Below are positions 17,685 through 28,201 of a stretch of DNA of 64,000 bases, in pieces; positions within the stretch are counted from its first letter, which is position 1; each line of letters begins with the position of its first letter. Origin of the DNA: an uncultured beta proteobacterium. GTDB lineage: Bacteria; Pseudomonadota; Gammaproteobacteria; Burkholderiales; Burkholderiaceae_C. The notes beneath the pieces were generated by a model. The model was not told where the DNA came from and did no database searches. It saw only the letters and a list, made by a program, of their open reading frames with translations. Where the stretch lies: assembly GCA_963726365.1 (NCBI GenBank), contig CAVSCI010000021.1, positions 42,136 to 106,135 on the forward strand, written 5' to 3'. Both the position numbers and the translations under genes were made by a program.

Positions 17685-18201
17685 TCAGGCCTTGAGCGCC
17701 GCCGCGACGAATTCGGCAGCCTTGGCTTCGGAGCGCATGCCGGCGACCACCCGCCTGATTTCCAGAACACGGGCAGTGAACTGGTCAATGCTCTTGCACT
17801 TTTCGAGCTGCAGGCACAGCGGCTCGCTGCCAGGCCCGAGCAGGTTTTCCAGCAACCGGGTCGCGCGGCGGATGGCGTCCGGCAGCGCCGCTTCAGTCAG
17901 GGCGCCGGCCACTTGTTTCCGCCGCAGCTGCAGGCGCCGACGCCGGCGACGGCGCCTGGGCGGGCGGAGGCGGCGGCGCATTGACGATCTCGACGTAGCC
18001 AGAGTCCAGCAATTCACCCAGGACCTGTCGCGCCTCATCGGGGTTGGGCAGCGATTTGACCAGCGCTCCGACGGGCTTTGCGCCATCGACCAGGATCAGC
18101 AGCATGCGATGTTTCTGCCCCATGGCCCGATCCCTGACCTTGATGGCGTTGACACCGGACTCGGTCTTGCGCAGCAAATAAGTCAGAGCCAGATCAGTCA
18201 T
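17685..18201 (-). pseudogene. small two-domain protein of unknown function, paralogue of 18521..18991; one frameshift near 17916-17921
   Basis: The N-terminal fragment is 17893..18201 (MTDLALTYLLRKTESGVNAIKVRDR...LLILVDGAKPV..., Pro/Ala linker). The C-terminal fragment is 17685..~17920 (KQVAGALTEAALPDAIRR...). The two join if one A is added to the AAA run (GGAAACAAG to GGAAAACAAG on the minus strand). Confidence 0.55.
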
Positions 18202-18520
18202 TTTTTCCTCCAGATGCTGGCAGGCCAGCTGAGTCGCCGGCCACCGCTACGGTTTCAAGAGCCTTTGTTGCTCTGCATTCTATTCAATCCCCCCTGTCTG
18301 GCGATGTTGCGGGCCTGTTTTGCCGTAAACAGGCTTGCAAAGGCTGAGGCCTGATTGTCCGAGTGTCTTGAAAACGACACTGTTCCGCGTAGGGTGACGG
18401 CTGGCAAGCGCTGTCTACGTCGCCCGGTCAGACGCTGATCACCGCGCCGACGGGGTTTCATGTGAGGCAGAATAAGTGTCAGGCCCTGGTGGGCGACGGA
18501 CGCAAGGGGGTGAAACGAAC

Positions 18521-18991
18521 ATGAAATATGTCAAGACCGAGGCTGGCCAGCGGGCCCTCAAGGAGCGCTCGCAACAGCTGACCTCGCGCCAAAGGTCGGC
18601 GATGATCCTGTTCGACGGCAAGAAGACGGTTGACCAGGTGCTCGCCGCGACGGCGGACCTCGGTGTCGTCTCGATCGACATTGATCATCTCCTGGCGCTG
18701 GGGTATCTCTGCGTTGCCGAGGGTCCTGTGCCGCCTGTGGGTCTGCCAGCGGTGACATCGGCTGCAATTCCGGCGGTGGAGGCGCCAGCCCTCAACAAGT
18801 CCGAACGCTTCGTCTTGGCCTGGCCCATTGCCATTCGCCTGGCCGGCACCTTGGGGCTGCGCGGCTACCTTCTCAAGCGCGCGGTGGAAGCAGCGGCCGG
18901 GTACGACGACCTGGTGGCACTGCTGCCAAAGATCACCGACGCCGTGGGGACGGAAAAGGCCCGCGAACTGAGAAAAGCACTTCGGGTCTGA
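18521..18991 (+). CDS. small two-domain protein of unknown function (paralogue of the divergent 17685..18201 gene)
   Basis: Start MKYVKTEAGQRALKERSQQLTSRQRSAMILFDGKKTV with an AAGGGGG RBS. It has the same N-terminal pattern as its neighbour (K-TE-G..A.K.R....R...IL.DG.K.V), a Pro/Val/Ala linker and a similar helical C-terminal domain. Confidence 0.55.
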   Translation: MKYVKTEAGQRALKERSQQLTSRQRSAMILFDGKKTVDQVLAATADLGVVSIDIDHLLALGYLCVAEGPVPPVGLPAVTSAAIPAVEAPALNKSERFVLAWPIAIRLAGTLGLRGYLLKRAVEAAAGYDDLVALLPKITDAVGTEKARELRKALRV

Positions 18992-21900
18992 GCGCTTTCG
19001 AGTGCGGCCAGCACTTTCCGGGTGCGTCGGGCGGCGGAACCCGACGCCGATGTCCCCATGGCGCACTTTGCCCGCCTTCCCTCCTAGAATCTTTGGCCTC
19101 CTTCCAGAAAGTACCCCCGAATGACCCAGGGAACCATCCGCATCCGCGGTGCGCGCCAGCACAACCTCAAGAATCTTGACCTGGACATCCGCACCGGGGA
19201 ACTGACCGTGGTCACAGGGCCCAGTGGCTCCGGCAAGTCGAGCCTGGTCTTTGACACCTTGTACGCCGAGGGTCAGCGCCGCTACGTGGAAACCTTTTCG
19301 GCCTATGCACGCCAGTTCCTGGACCGCATGGACAAGCCGGCCGTCGACAAGGTCGAAGGTGTGCCGCCGGCGATTGCCATCGACCAGACCAATCCGGTGC
19401 GCAGCTCCCGTTCCACGGTGGGCACCATGACCGAACTGAACGACCACCTGAAGCTGCTGTTCGCGCGGGCCGGGCAGCTGTTCGACCGGCAGACCGCGCA
19501 GCCGGTGCGGCACGACTCGCCCGAGACTATCTACGCCGAGTTGCTGCAACGCGCGCTGGGCAGCGGCGACCTCCGTCTGGCGGTGACGTTTCCGGTGGAG
19601 TTGCCAGCCAACACCAGCGCGGCCGAGGTCGAGCAGTGGCTGTCGGCCAGCGGCTTCACCAAGGTCCAGGCCGAACGCGAGGTGGCGACGCCGACCGGGC
19701 CGCGCAAAGTGCTGGACGTGGTCGCCGACCGCTTCCGGATCGGTAACGTGGAGAAGGCGCGCGTGGTCGAGGCGATCGAGGTCGCGCTCAAGCGGGGCGC
19801 AGGGCGGCTCAACGTCTACAGGCTGCAGGATGAGGTGAGCCGCCCCGACGCCGGGCCGCCCCAAGGCGGGGCAGCCTCCTCGGAGGGCAGCGAATTGCAC
19901 GAAGTGAAGAGCGTGGGGGCGTATGACCTCTGGCGCTTCTCCACCGGCCTGCACTGCCCCGACAGCGACCTGCGCTACACCGACCCGATTCCCTCGGCCT
20001 TCTCGTTCAATTCGGCGGTGGGCGCGTGCGAAACCTGCCGTGGTTTTGGCCGCGTGATCGGCGTGGACTACGGCCTGGTGATTCCGAACGACAAGCTGAC
20101 TCTTCGTGCGGGCGCCATCAAGCCCATGCAGACGCCGGCGTGGAAGGAGGCGCAGGACGATCTGATGCGCCATGCCGAAACGGCCGGCATCCCGCGCGAC
20201 ACACCCTGGAACAAGCTCACGCCCGAGCAGCAGGGCTGGGTGATCAACGGCTCGCCCCACTGGAACGGCAAGTGGAACCAGCACTGGTTCGGCATCAAGC
20301 GCTTCTTTGAGTATCTGGAAAGCAAGTCCTACAAGATGCACATCCGCGTGCTGCTGTCCAAGTACCGCAGCTACACGCCTTGCGGCACCTGTGGCGGTGC
20401 GCGCCTGAAGACCGAGAGCCTGCTCTGGCGCATCGGCTCGAAAGAGGACGCCGACGCGGTGATGGCGCCGTCGCAGCCGCTTCATGCCGGCAGGTGTGAG
20501 CTGGACGCGCGCGCAACTCGAAGCCCTGCCGGGTCTGTGCCTGCACGACCTGATGCTGATGCCGCTGGACCGGCTGCGCCGCTTCTTCGAATCGATGACC
20601 CAGACGCCGCGTGTCGCGGCCAACGAGGGCGAGACCCAGGCGCTGAAACTGCTGTTCGAGGAAATCACCACCCGCCTCAAGTACCTGTGCGATGTCGGCA
20701 TCGGCTACCTCACGCTGGACCGCCAGAGCCGCACCCTCAGCGGGCGGCGAGGTGCAGCGCATCAACCTGACCACGGCCCTCGGCACCTCGCTGGTCAACA
20801 CCCTGTTCGTGCTGGACGAGCCCAGCATCGGCCTGCACCCGCGCGACATGCACCGCATCATCAAGGCCATGCAGCGCCTGCGCGACGCCGGCAACACGCT
20901 GGTGGTGGTGGAGCACGACCCGGCCGTGATGCTGGCCGCCGACCGCATGATCGACATGGGCCCCGGCCCCGGCGAGCGCGGCGGGCAGATCGTGTTTGAC
21001 GGCACCACCGACGCGCTGCGCAGTGCCGACACGCTGACCGGCGCCTACCTGGGCGGGCGCAAGCAGGTCGGCATGGGCTTCAAGCGCATGGTGACCGACC
21101 ACACGCCACGCCTCATCCTTGAAGGCGTGCGCGAGCACAACCTGAAGAACGTCACCGCCGAAATCCCGTTGCAGCGGCTGGTCTGCGTGACCGGTGTCAG
21201 CGGCTCGGGCAAGTCCAGCCTGATCCAGGACGTGCTGGCCCCGGCGCTGCTGCGCCATTTCGGCAAGGCGACGGAATCCGCCAGGCGCGCACGACCGCCT
21301 GCTGGGGGCGGACCACCTGAGCGAAGCCGTGTTCGTGGACCAGTCGCCCATCGGCAAGACGGCGCGCTCCAACCCGGCGAGCTATGTCGGCGCCTGGGAC
21401 GCGGTGCGCGAGATCTTTGCCACCGCGCCGCTGTCGCGCCAGCGCGGCTACACCGCCAGCAAGTTCAGCTTCAACAGCGGCGACGGGCGCTGTCCGACCT
21501 GCGGCGGCTCCGGCTTCGAGCATGTGGAGATGCAGTTCCTGAGCGACGTGTACCTGCGCTGCCCGGACTGCAACGGCCAGCGTTACCGGCCCGAGATTCT
21601 GGAAATCACCATCGAACGCCAGCCGCTCGGCGCGATCCATCCGCGCGCCATGAACGTGGCCGACGTGCTGGACCTGACCGTCAGCGAGGCCGCCGCCGTC
21701 TTTGCCCACGACCGCGACGTCATCCGCGCCTTGCAGCCCATCGTCGACGTGGGGCTGGAGTACGTCAAGCTGGGCCAGCCGGTGCCCACGCTGTCGGGCG
21801 GCGAGGCGCAGCGCCTGAAGCTGGCAGGTTTCCTGGCCGAGGCGGCGCGCAGCGGTTCGAAAGGCGCCAGCGCCAGCCGACAGCCGCTGGCGCGCAAGGG

Positions 21901-23954
21901 CACGTTGTTCCTTTTCGACGAGCCCACCACCGGCCTGCACTTCGACGACATCGCCAAGCTCATGCGCGCGCTGCGCAAGCTGCTGGATGCCGGCCATTCG
22001 CTGGTGGTGATCGAGCACAACCTCGACGTGATCCGCGCCAGCGACTGGCTGATCGACCTCGGCCCCGAAGGCGGTGACGCGGGCGGCCTGATCGTCGCGC
22101 AGGGCACGCCCGAGGACGTGCGCCTGCATGCCACCTCGCACACGGGCAAGGCGCTGCGCGACTACGACAGTTCGCTGGGGCTCGGCAGTCATCGCGTCGA
22201 AGAGCGCGCCGGGTGGGATCCGGCGTCACTGCGCGGTCATGCGCCGCGACGAACCGCCCAACGCGATCCAGATCATCAACGCCCGCGAACACAACCTCAA
22301 GTCCTGAGCGTCAACATTCCGCGCGGCAAGTTCAGCGTGGTCACGGGCGTCAGCGGCTCGGGCAAGTCCACGCTGGCCTTCGACATCCTGTTCAACGAAG
22401 GCCAGCGCCGCTACCTGGAGAGCCTGAACGCCTACGCGCGCAGCATCGTGCAGCCGGCGGGCCGGCCCGAGGTGGATGCGGTCTATGGCATTCCGCCCAC
22501 GGTGGCGATCGAGCAGCGCCTGTCGCGCGGCGGGCGCAAGAGCACGGTCGGCACCACCACCGAGGTCTGGCATTTCCTGCGCCTGCTCTATGTGAAGCTC
22601 GGCGTGCAGCACTGCATCCACGACGGCGCGGCGGTGCAGCCGCAGACGCCCGAGCGCATCGCGGCGCAGCTGATGACGCAGTTCCGCGGCCAGCACATCG
22701 GGCTGCTGGCGCCGCTGGTCATGAACCGCAAGGGCGTCTACACCGAGCTGGCCGACTGGGCCCGCCCGCGCGGCTACACCCACCTGCGCGTGGACGGCAA
22801 CTTCCTGCCGACCACCGGCTTTCCGCGCATCGACCGCTTCAAGGAACACACCATCGAGCTGCCGGTGCTTGAGCCTGGACATGCAAGCCCGAGAACGAGA
22901 CGCTGCTGCGCGACGCACTGGCCCGCGCGCTGGAGCATGGCAAGGGCGTGGTCCATGTGCTGAGCGACCTGACCGGCCTGCGCGCCGCGATGATCGCCGG
23001 CACGCCGACGGCCGGCATCGGCAAGTTGCTGGCGTTCTCCACCCAGCGCGCCTGCCCGGTGTGCAGCACCAGTTACGCCGAACTCGACCCGCGCCTGTTC
23101 TCCTACAACAGCAAGCACGGCTGGTGCCCCGACTGCGTGGGCACGGGCGTGAGGCTCACCAAGGAGCAGCGCAAGGTGTTCGACGACTCGGTGCGCGACG
23201 ACGACCACAAGGGCCGCGAGCAGACCTTCGCCGAGCCCGAGGCGGAGGACGTGACCGACGCCGCCTGCCCGACCTGCCAGGGCACGCGGCTGAACGCCAC
23301 GGCGCGGGCCGTGCGGTTTGGCGCCGTGGCGACCACAGGTGTCGCCGGCATCGGCATCACCGACCTGGCGCGCCTGGCCGTGACCGACATCCGCCAGTGG
23401 GTCGAGGCGCTGGCGCTGACCGGCCGCGACAGCGAGATTGCGCGCGACCTGGTGCCCGAGATCAAGAGCCGCCTCGAATTCCTGGAAGAAGTCGGTCTGG
23501 GCTACCTCACGCTGGACCGCGGCGCGCCCACGCTCAGCGGTGGCGAGGCCCAGCGCATCCGCCTGGCCGCGCAGCTCGGCAGCAACCTGCAAGGCGTGTG
23601 CTACGTGCTCGACGAGCCCACCATCGGCCTGCACGCGCGCGACAACCAGATCCTGCTGAACGCGCTGAAGACGCTGAGCGACAAGGGCAACACGCTGGTG
23701 GTGGTGGAGCACGATGAAGACACCATCCGCCGCGCCGACCACATCATCGACATCGGCCCCAGCGCCGGCAAGCGCGGCGGGCGGCTGGTGGCCGAGGGTA
23801 GCGTGAAGGACATCACCGACGCCGGCGACTCCCAGACCGGGCGCTATCTGCTGCACGCCATGAAGCACCCGTTGCAGGCGCGCCGGCCAGTTGGAGCGGC
23901 GCTTTCGAATGGACCGGCTCCGGATCCCGGGGTGGTGGAGACTCGCGATGCAGT

Positions 23955-23979
23955 GAAATTGGGGTCGGATCCCAATTTC
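23955..23979 (+). repeat. 25-nt palindromic (REP-like) unit, copy 1, inside the UvrA-like coding sequence
   Basis: GAAATTGGG-GTCGGAT-CCCAATTTC: 9-bp perfect arms, 7-nt loop, translated in frame as KLGSDPNF. Confidence 0.8.
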
Positions 23980-24014
23980 GCCCCAAGACCGTCCAAGAAA
24001 GCCGCTGCGTTATC

Positions 24015-24039
24015 GAAATTGGGCTCTGACCCCAATTTC
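24015..24039 (+). repeat. 25-nt palindromic (REP-like) unit, copy 2
   Basis: GAAATTGGG-CTCTGAC-CCCAATTTC, exactly 60 nt after copy 1 in the same orientation, again translated as KLGSDPNF. Confidence 0.8.
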
Positions 24040-25295
24040 ACGGGCCACGAAGTCCAGGCTTGGATCACCGTCACCGGTGCCACCCTGCACAACCTGCAAA
24101 ACGTCGACGCCGCCGTCCCCCTCCAGCGCCTGGTCGCCGTCACCGGCGTGTCCGGCTCCGGCAAATCCACGCTGGCGCGCGACGTGCTGCTGGCCAGCGT
24201 GCAGGCGCTGGTGACGCAGCGCGCCACCAAGGCCGGCCGCGATGCGATGGCGGCAGGGCAGTTCCCCGCGCTGACCGGCTGCAGCGGCCTGACCGGCTTC
24301 GAGTCCATCGACCGCGTGCTCGAAGTGGACCAGACGCCCATCGGCAAGACGCCGCGCAGCTGCCCCGCCACCTACATCGGCTTCTGGGACACCATCCGCA
24401 AGCTGTTTGCGGAGACCCTGGAGGCCAAGGCGCGTGGCTACGCGGCGGGGCGCTTCTCTTTCAATACCGGCGAGGGGCGCTGCCCCAGCTGCGAAGGGCA
24501 GGGCATCCGCACCATCGCCATGAGCTTCCTGCCCGACGTGAAGGTGCTCTGCGAAACCTGCCACGGCGCGCGCTTCAACCCCGAGACGCTGGCGGTGACC
24601 TGGCGCGGCAAGAGCATCGGCGACATCCTGCAGATGGAGGTCGACGAAGCGGTCGACTTCTTCGCTTCCATGCCCAATATCAGCCACCCGCTGCAACTGC
24701 TGAAAGACGTGGGCCTGGGCTACCTGACGCTGGGCCAGCCGTCGCCCACGCTCTCGGGTGGCGAAGCGCAGCGCATCAAGCTCGTCACCGAACTGTCCAA
24801 GGTGCGCGACGACATCGAGCCGGCGCGGCCAGAAAGCCCCGCACACCCTCTACGTGCTGGACGAGCCGACCGTCGGCCTGCACATGGCCGACGTGGACAA
24901 GCTGATCCGCGTGCTGCACCGCCTGGTCGATGGCGGCCACAGCGTGGTGGTGATCGAGCACGACCTGGACGTGATCGCCGAGGCCGACTGGATCATCGAC
25001 CTCGGCCCCGAGGGCGGCCGGGCAGGTGGCCGCATCGTGGCCGCCGCGACGCCGGAAGACGTGGTGCGCTCGGGCACACACACCGGGGTGGCGCTGGCGC
25101 CGGTACTGGCCCGGGGGTGATGAAACTCCTGTATCAATAGCAGTAAGCGTCCACTCCATGCTGGGAAAGGACTGTTTCTTATCAGAATCAGGGCGTGGAA
25201 CATGGGTGACAGGCTGTCAGGGCTTTCCAGATGGCTTTCGAGCCCGGGTTCCGGTTGAATAGGGTCCACGTCACCCATTCGATCAGGAGAAACCC

Positions 25296-26258
25296 ATGAA
25301 ACGCCGCCACCTCGTCCAGCTCGCCGCCGCCACGTTGGCCGCACCTGCCTTCACGGCCAGTGCCCAAGCCTTCCCGACCAAACCGATCAAGCTGATCATT
25401 GCCTTTCCCGCAGGGGGGCCGACCGACATCACCATGCGCGCGTTGGCCGACAGCGCCAGCAAGATCCTGGGCCAGCCGGTCATCGTCGAGAACAAGCCCG
25501 GCGCGGGCGGCACGCTGCCGGCGCAGGCGCTGCAGACCGCCCCGGCGGACGGCTACACCCTGGCGCAGATTCCGCTGGGCGTGTTTCGCCTGCCTTACAC
25601 CACCAAGATCAACTGGGACCCGGTGAAGGACATCACCTACGTGCTCAACGTCACCGGGTACGCCTTCGGCCTGGTGGTTCCGGCCGATTCCCAACTGAAG
25701 ACCTGGACGCATTTTGTCGCCTGGGCCAAGGCCAACCCGGGCAAGCTGACCTACGGCTCCACCGGCACCATGACCAGCCCGCACCTGACGATGGAGCTGA
25801 TCGCGCAGAAGCTGAATCTGGAACTGCTGCACGTGCCCTACAAGGGCAGCGCCGACCTGATGCAGTCCATCCTGGGGGGCAACATCATGGCGGCGGCCGA
25901 CTCCACCGGCTTCGCGCCGCAGGTCGAGGCCGGCAAGCTGCGCGTGCTCAACACCTGGGGCGCCGAGCGGCTGGCCAAGTTCCCGGACGCGCCCACGCTC
26001 AAGGAACTGGGGCTGGACCTGGTGCAGAACTCCCCCTTCGGGATCGGGGCCCCGAAGGGCACGCCGCCGGCGGTGGTCAAGCGCCTGCACGACGCCTTCA
26101 AGCAGGCCATGGAGCAGGAGAGCTACATCACCGCGCTCAAGCGCTACGACATGGTGCCCATGTACATGAGCAGCGCCCAGTACCAGAAGTTCGCGCAGGA
26201 CACTTTCGTGAAGGAAAAGGCGCTGGTCGAGAAGCTGGGGCTGGCCAAGCCGCAGTGA
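25296..26258 (+). CDS. Bug-family (TctC-like) tripartite tricarboxylate transporter substrate-binding protein
   Basis: 320 aa. Tat/Sec-like signal MKRRHLVQLAAATLAAPAFTASAQA. FPTKPIKLIIAFPAGGPTD and VENKPGAGG are classic Bug-family motifs. Confidence 0.9.
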   Translation: MKRRHLVQLAAATLAAPAFTASAQAFPTKPIKLIIAFPAGGPTDITMRALADSASKILGQPVIVENKPGAGGTLPAQALQTAPADGYTLAQIPLGVFRLPYTTKINWDPVKDITYVLNVTGYAFGLVVPADSQLKTWTHFVAWAKANPGKLTYGSTGTMTSPHLTMELIAQKLNLELLHVPYKGSADLMQSILGGNIMAAADSTGFAPQVEAGKLRVLNTWGAERLAKFPDAPTLKELGLDLVQNSPFGIGAPKGTPPAVVKRLHDAFKQAMEQESYITALKRYDMVPMYMSSAQYQKFAQDTFVKEKALVEKLGLAKPQ

Positions 26259-26282
26259 CGCCTGCCGGGGCCTATGCGGCCG

Positions 26283-27146
26283 TCAGCGCCGGGCAGCGGT
26301 CAGCAGCAGCTCGTTCGGTCCCGCCCAGCCTGTTGCTGTGGTGAATGCGCCCAGGCGCTCCTCAATCTCGACCCAGGCGGCATTTGCGGCAGTGGGGTCC
26401 AGATTGCCCAGAATCTGCTGGATGGGACTTGCGGAGGCGCGGACGAAATCGATGTAATGCTTCGCCGATGGCAAGTGAAACGGGGCCTCGATCACCGTGC
26501 TTGCGACATCCTTGAAGCCCGCGCCGCGGAACAGTTCGTCGGCCAGACCGGGCTTGCCCAGGCTCAGCAGGCCACCGGGCTGGAACGGATCGCGCGGCGG
26601 CAATCCGGCATGTTTGAGCGCGGTGGACATCAGTATCGTGATGCACGGGTTTTTTTCCGGTCTGGAAAATACCATCGTGCAGACCCCGCCACCCGGACGC
26701 ACAGCCCGGTACATTTCGCGCAGGCCCTCCAGCGGGTGGGGAAAGAGCATCAGCCCGAGCCGGCACACGGCGGCGTCGAAGCTCTCCGACTCGACCGGCA
26801 GGCATTCGCCGTCGGCCACACGCGTCTCCACATTCGTCAGGCCGGCGCGCCCGGCGTTGTCCCTGGCCAGCGCCAGGATGGCGGGTGAGAGGTCGGTTGC
26901 CAGCACGAAGCCCTCCAGACCGACCTTTTGCGCAATGTCCAGCGTCTGGTCGCCAGCGCCAGCGGCCACGTCAAGCACGCGCGAACCTGTGCCGATGCCT
27001 GCCATCTGCAGCATGGCACCGGTGGCGCCGCTGAGCCAGGCCCGAATCTGGGGGGTGTGCACATTCCAGCCTCCGGCTGACTGGTCCCATTGGTCTCGAA
27101 TGGCGGCCTTGAGAATTGCAGGGTCAGTGGTGTGGGCTGTCAACAT
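26283..27146 (-). CDS. class I SAM-dependent methyltransferase
   Basis: Start MLTAHTT (GGAG RBS). Motif I VLDVAAGAGDQT and post-I VLATDLS. The upstream part of the listed 599-aa ORF is antisense to the LysR gene and not protein-like. Confidence 0.85.
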   Translation of the reverse strand: MLTAHTTDPAILKAAIRDQWDQSAGGWNVHTPQIRAWLSGATGAMLQMAGIGTGSRVLDVAAGAGDQTLDIAQKVGLEGFVLATDLSPAILALARDNAGRAGLTNVETRVADGECLPVESESFDAAVCRLGLMLFPHPLEGLREMYRAVRPGGGVCTMVFSRPEKNPCITILMSTALKHAGLPPRDPFQPGGLLSLGKPGLADELFRGAGFKDVASTVIEAPFHLPSAKHYIDFVRASASPIQQILGNLDPTAANAAWVEIEERLGAFTTATGWAGPNELLLTAARR

Positions 27147-27248
27147 GGGAGGCTCCTTCTGGCATGAAATCCCGGGCTGGGGTGGTCGAAGTCTAGGCAC
27201 CGGGGTCAGTCGGCGATAGCCGCAGACTCGCATAATGGGGCAGCACAA

Positions 27249-28157
27249 ATGCATAACCTGGTGATGTTCGACTGGAACGATCTCAAGTACCTGCTGGCCG
27301 TCGCGCGTCACGGCAGCACCACTGCGGCGAGCCGCGCGCTGCAGGTCAACCAGTCCACCGTGCAACGACGGCTTCTCGAGCTCGAACGGCGCATCGGACA
27401 GCCGCTGGTGAAGCGTCACCCATCGGGGTACCGTCTCACGGCGTTCGGTGAGCAGTTGTTGCCGCAGGCTCAAGGTGTCGAGGAGGCGGTGCTGGCCCTG
27501 ACGCAGCAGGTTGAAACCTTCCGGCGTGAGGTCAGTGGCGTGGTCCGGGTGACCTGCCCCGAGCCCCTGGTCTACAGGATCACGAACTCCACCTTGCTGG
27601 ATCGCTTCCATGCCCGTTTCCCCAGGCTCCAGGTCGAATTCATGATGAGCGACAAGTATCTGGACCTGAAGAAGGGGGAGGCGGACATCGCCCTGCGCTC
27701 GGGCGATACGGAGGATGACGAACTGGTCGGGCGCAAGATCGGCGATTCGCTGTGGGCCGTCTACGCCAGCCACAAGTACATCGCGCGCCACGGCCAGCCG
27801 AACCGGATTGAGGAACTTGGGCAGCACGAATGGGTCGGTTTCGATGAGGCCATGGCCAACCACCGCGCGTCTCAATGGTTGCGGCAAGTGGCGCCACAGG
27901 CGCATGTCGTCGCCCGAAGCAACAGCGTGCTGGGGCTGGTCTATTCGGTGAAGTCGGGCGTGGGCCTGGCGCCGTTGCCGACAGCGCTCGGCGACGCGGA
28001 GCCTGATCTCGTCCGGGTGCTGGGTCCCATCCCCGAACTCACGCGGATCTGGCGCGTGCTCGCCATGCCGGACCTGCGGCATACGCCGCGCGTCTCGGCG
28101 CTCTTCGATTTCATGGTCGATGAGATCGAAGCGCTGCGGCCCATCCTCACAGGGTAG
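27249..28157 (+). CDS. LysR-family transcriptional regulator
   Basis: N-terminal wHTH FDWNDLKYLLAVARHGSTTAASRALQVNQSTVQRRLLELE. Length 302 aa. Divergent from the methyltransferase gene. Confidence 0.9.
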   Translation: MHNLVMFDWNDLKYLLAVARHGSTTAASRALQVNQSTVQRRLLELERRIGQPLVKRHPSGYRLTAFGEQLLPQAQGVEEAVLALTQQVETFRREVSGVVRVTCPEPLVYRITNSTLLDRFHARFPRLQVEFMMSDKYLDLKKGEADIALRSGDTEDDELVGRKIGDSLWAVYASHKYIARHGQPNRIEELGQHEWVGFDEAMANHRASQWLRQVAPQAHVVARSNSVLGLVYSVKSGVGLAPLPTALGDAEPDLVRVLGPIPELTRIWRVLAMPDLRHTPRVSALFDFMVDEIEALRPILTG

Positions 28158-28201
28158 TCTCGCTACGAACCGGGATTGCGCCTGGCGCTGCGGACGGGCC
28201 G

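Larger units (their letters stand above)
19121..25120 (+). pseudogene. tandem-duplicated UvrA-like ABC ATPase (two complete UvrA-type modules in one roughly 2000-codon reading unit), interrupted by about 7 single-base frameshifts
   Basis: Four Walker-A sites are present (GPSGSGKSS, GVSGSGKSS, GVSGSGKST twice), with ABC signatures (LSGGE...) and zinc-finger Cys pairs (CPTCGGSG, CPDCNG, CPSCEGQG, CETCHG). The coding sense continues across the frame order 2>0>1>2>0>2>1>2. Junctions are near 20463-20486, 20742 (extra G), 21278-21283, 22160-22245, 22302-22305 (missing C), 22885 (missing A) and 24820 (extra C). The UvrB-binding-domain region seems absent, as in class II/III UvrA paralogues. Confidence 0.8.

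Noticed and set aside
18479-20701. 740-aa ORF on the minus strand
   Set aside because: It is antisense to the UvrA-like gene. The composition is Arg/Gly/Ala/His-rich with no recognisable motifs, as expected for spurious long ORFs in GC-rich DNA. The plus strand carries unmistakable UvrA motifs.
23955-24039. Interpretation of KLGSDPNF x2 as a genuine protein repeat
   Set aside because: The repeated unit is a perfect 9-bp-arm DNA palindrome with divergent loop sequences. This points to selection or origin at the DNA level, so it is kept as a DNA repeat finding.
27147-28082. Upstream 312 codons of the listed 599-aa minus-strand ORF
   Set aside because: It is antisense to the LysR regulator gene. 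The methyltransferase has a good RBS and start at 27146.
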